From NCBI RefSeq assembly GCF_004010195.1, contig NC_057719.1:57515023-57579022 (forward strand): DNA of 64,000 nt, read 5' to 3'. The translations under genes and the position numbers were made by a program. Under the pieces are notes generated by a model. That model ran no database searches. It had not been told where the DNA came from and saw only the letters and a list, made by a program, of their open reading frames with translations. The stretch is from Chiloscyllium plagiosum (lineage: Eukaryota). This document shows positions 63,801 to 64,000 of this stretch, in pieces; the stretch's first letter is position 1; each line of letters begins with the position of its first letter.

Positions 63801-64000
63801 TATTCTTTGCGTAGAAAGGGAATTACATGTCACCACACAAATTAACTGCCTGATCTTAAAACAAAAACGAATTAATACTTCGACTGCCAGTTCTTTCATT
63901 TGTTATAAACAATTGCAAATTTGAAGCGCGCTGAAGCCCGATCTTTTCCAGGAATTCGACATGTATTGACGAAAAGTGTTAGGCACACCTTTTTAACAAA
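54650..64000. promoter_or_regulatory. AT-rich, CpG-retaining, transposon-free domain (candidate hypomethylated regulatory domain)
   Basis: Visible rise in CG dinucleotides (e.g. 5 in 59581-59640) compared with CpG-depleted upstream sequence. No recognisable transposon after 54864. Confidence 0.6.
58394..58577. repeat. Tandem duplication, 2 x 92 bp
   Basis: AACTAGTCAGAATAA...ATTGCTTGTTA starts at 58394 and again at 58486. Three substitutions seen. Confidence 0.97.

Noticed and set aside
54650..64000. Bacterial or viral contamination as the cause of CpG richness
   Set aside because: No long ORFs or gene-dense organisation, and a host SINE lies within the CpG-rich edge. Not fully excluded without read data

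Overview
This is eukaryotic, non-coding DNA from a cartilaginous fish, inferred from an HE1 SINE and HER1/CR1-type LINEs, which are shark/ray retroposons. I found no intact protein-coding gene, rRNA, tRNA or CRISPR array. Positions 1-54.9 kb are a patchwork of decayed mobile elements: many CR1/HER1 LINE pieces (nested, internally deleted, one with a 5' inversion), a second LINE family with its partner SINE, Deu-core SINEs, three PIF/Harbinger (HARBI1-like) transposase relics, a Tigger/pogo-type MITE with a TA target-site duplication (TSD), and Penelope-like elements (PLEs). Repeat-free AT-rich blocks between them look like conserved non-coding elements. Three observations stand out. (i) Short palindromic PLE-derived insertions with 12-14 bp TSDs carry minimal hammerhead-ribozyme cores on both arms. 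(ii) There is an isolated, disabled CFAP53-like exon at ~15.0-15.3 kb. (iii) At ~54.6 kb the sequence switches sharply to a CpG-retaining, AT-rich, transposon-free domain, which suggests the edge of a germline-hypomethylated regulatory domain of a gene outside the window. I cannot support a wholly new biological system. All family assignments are by eye and need database confirmation. Coordinates of decayed repeats are approximate.
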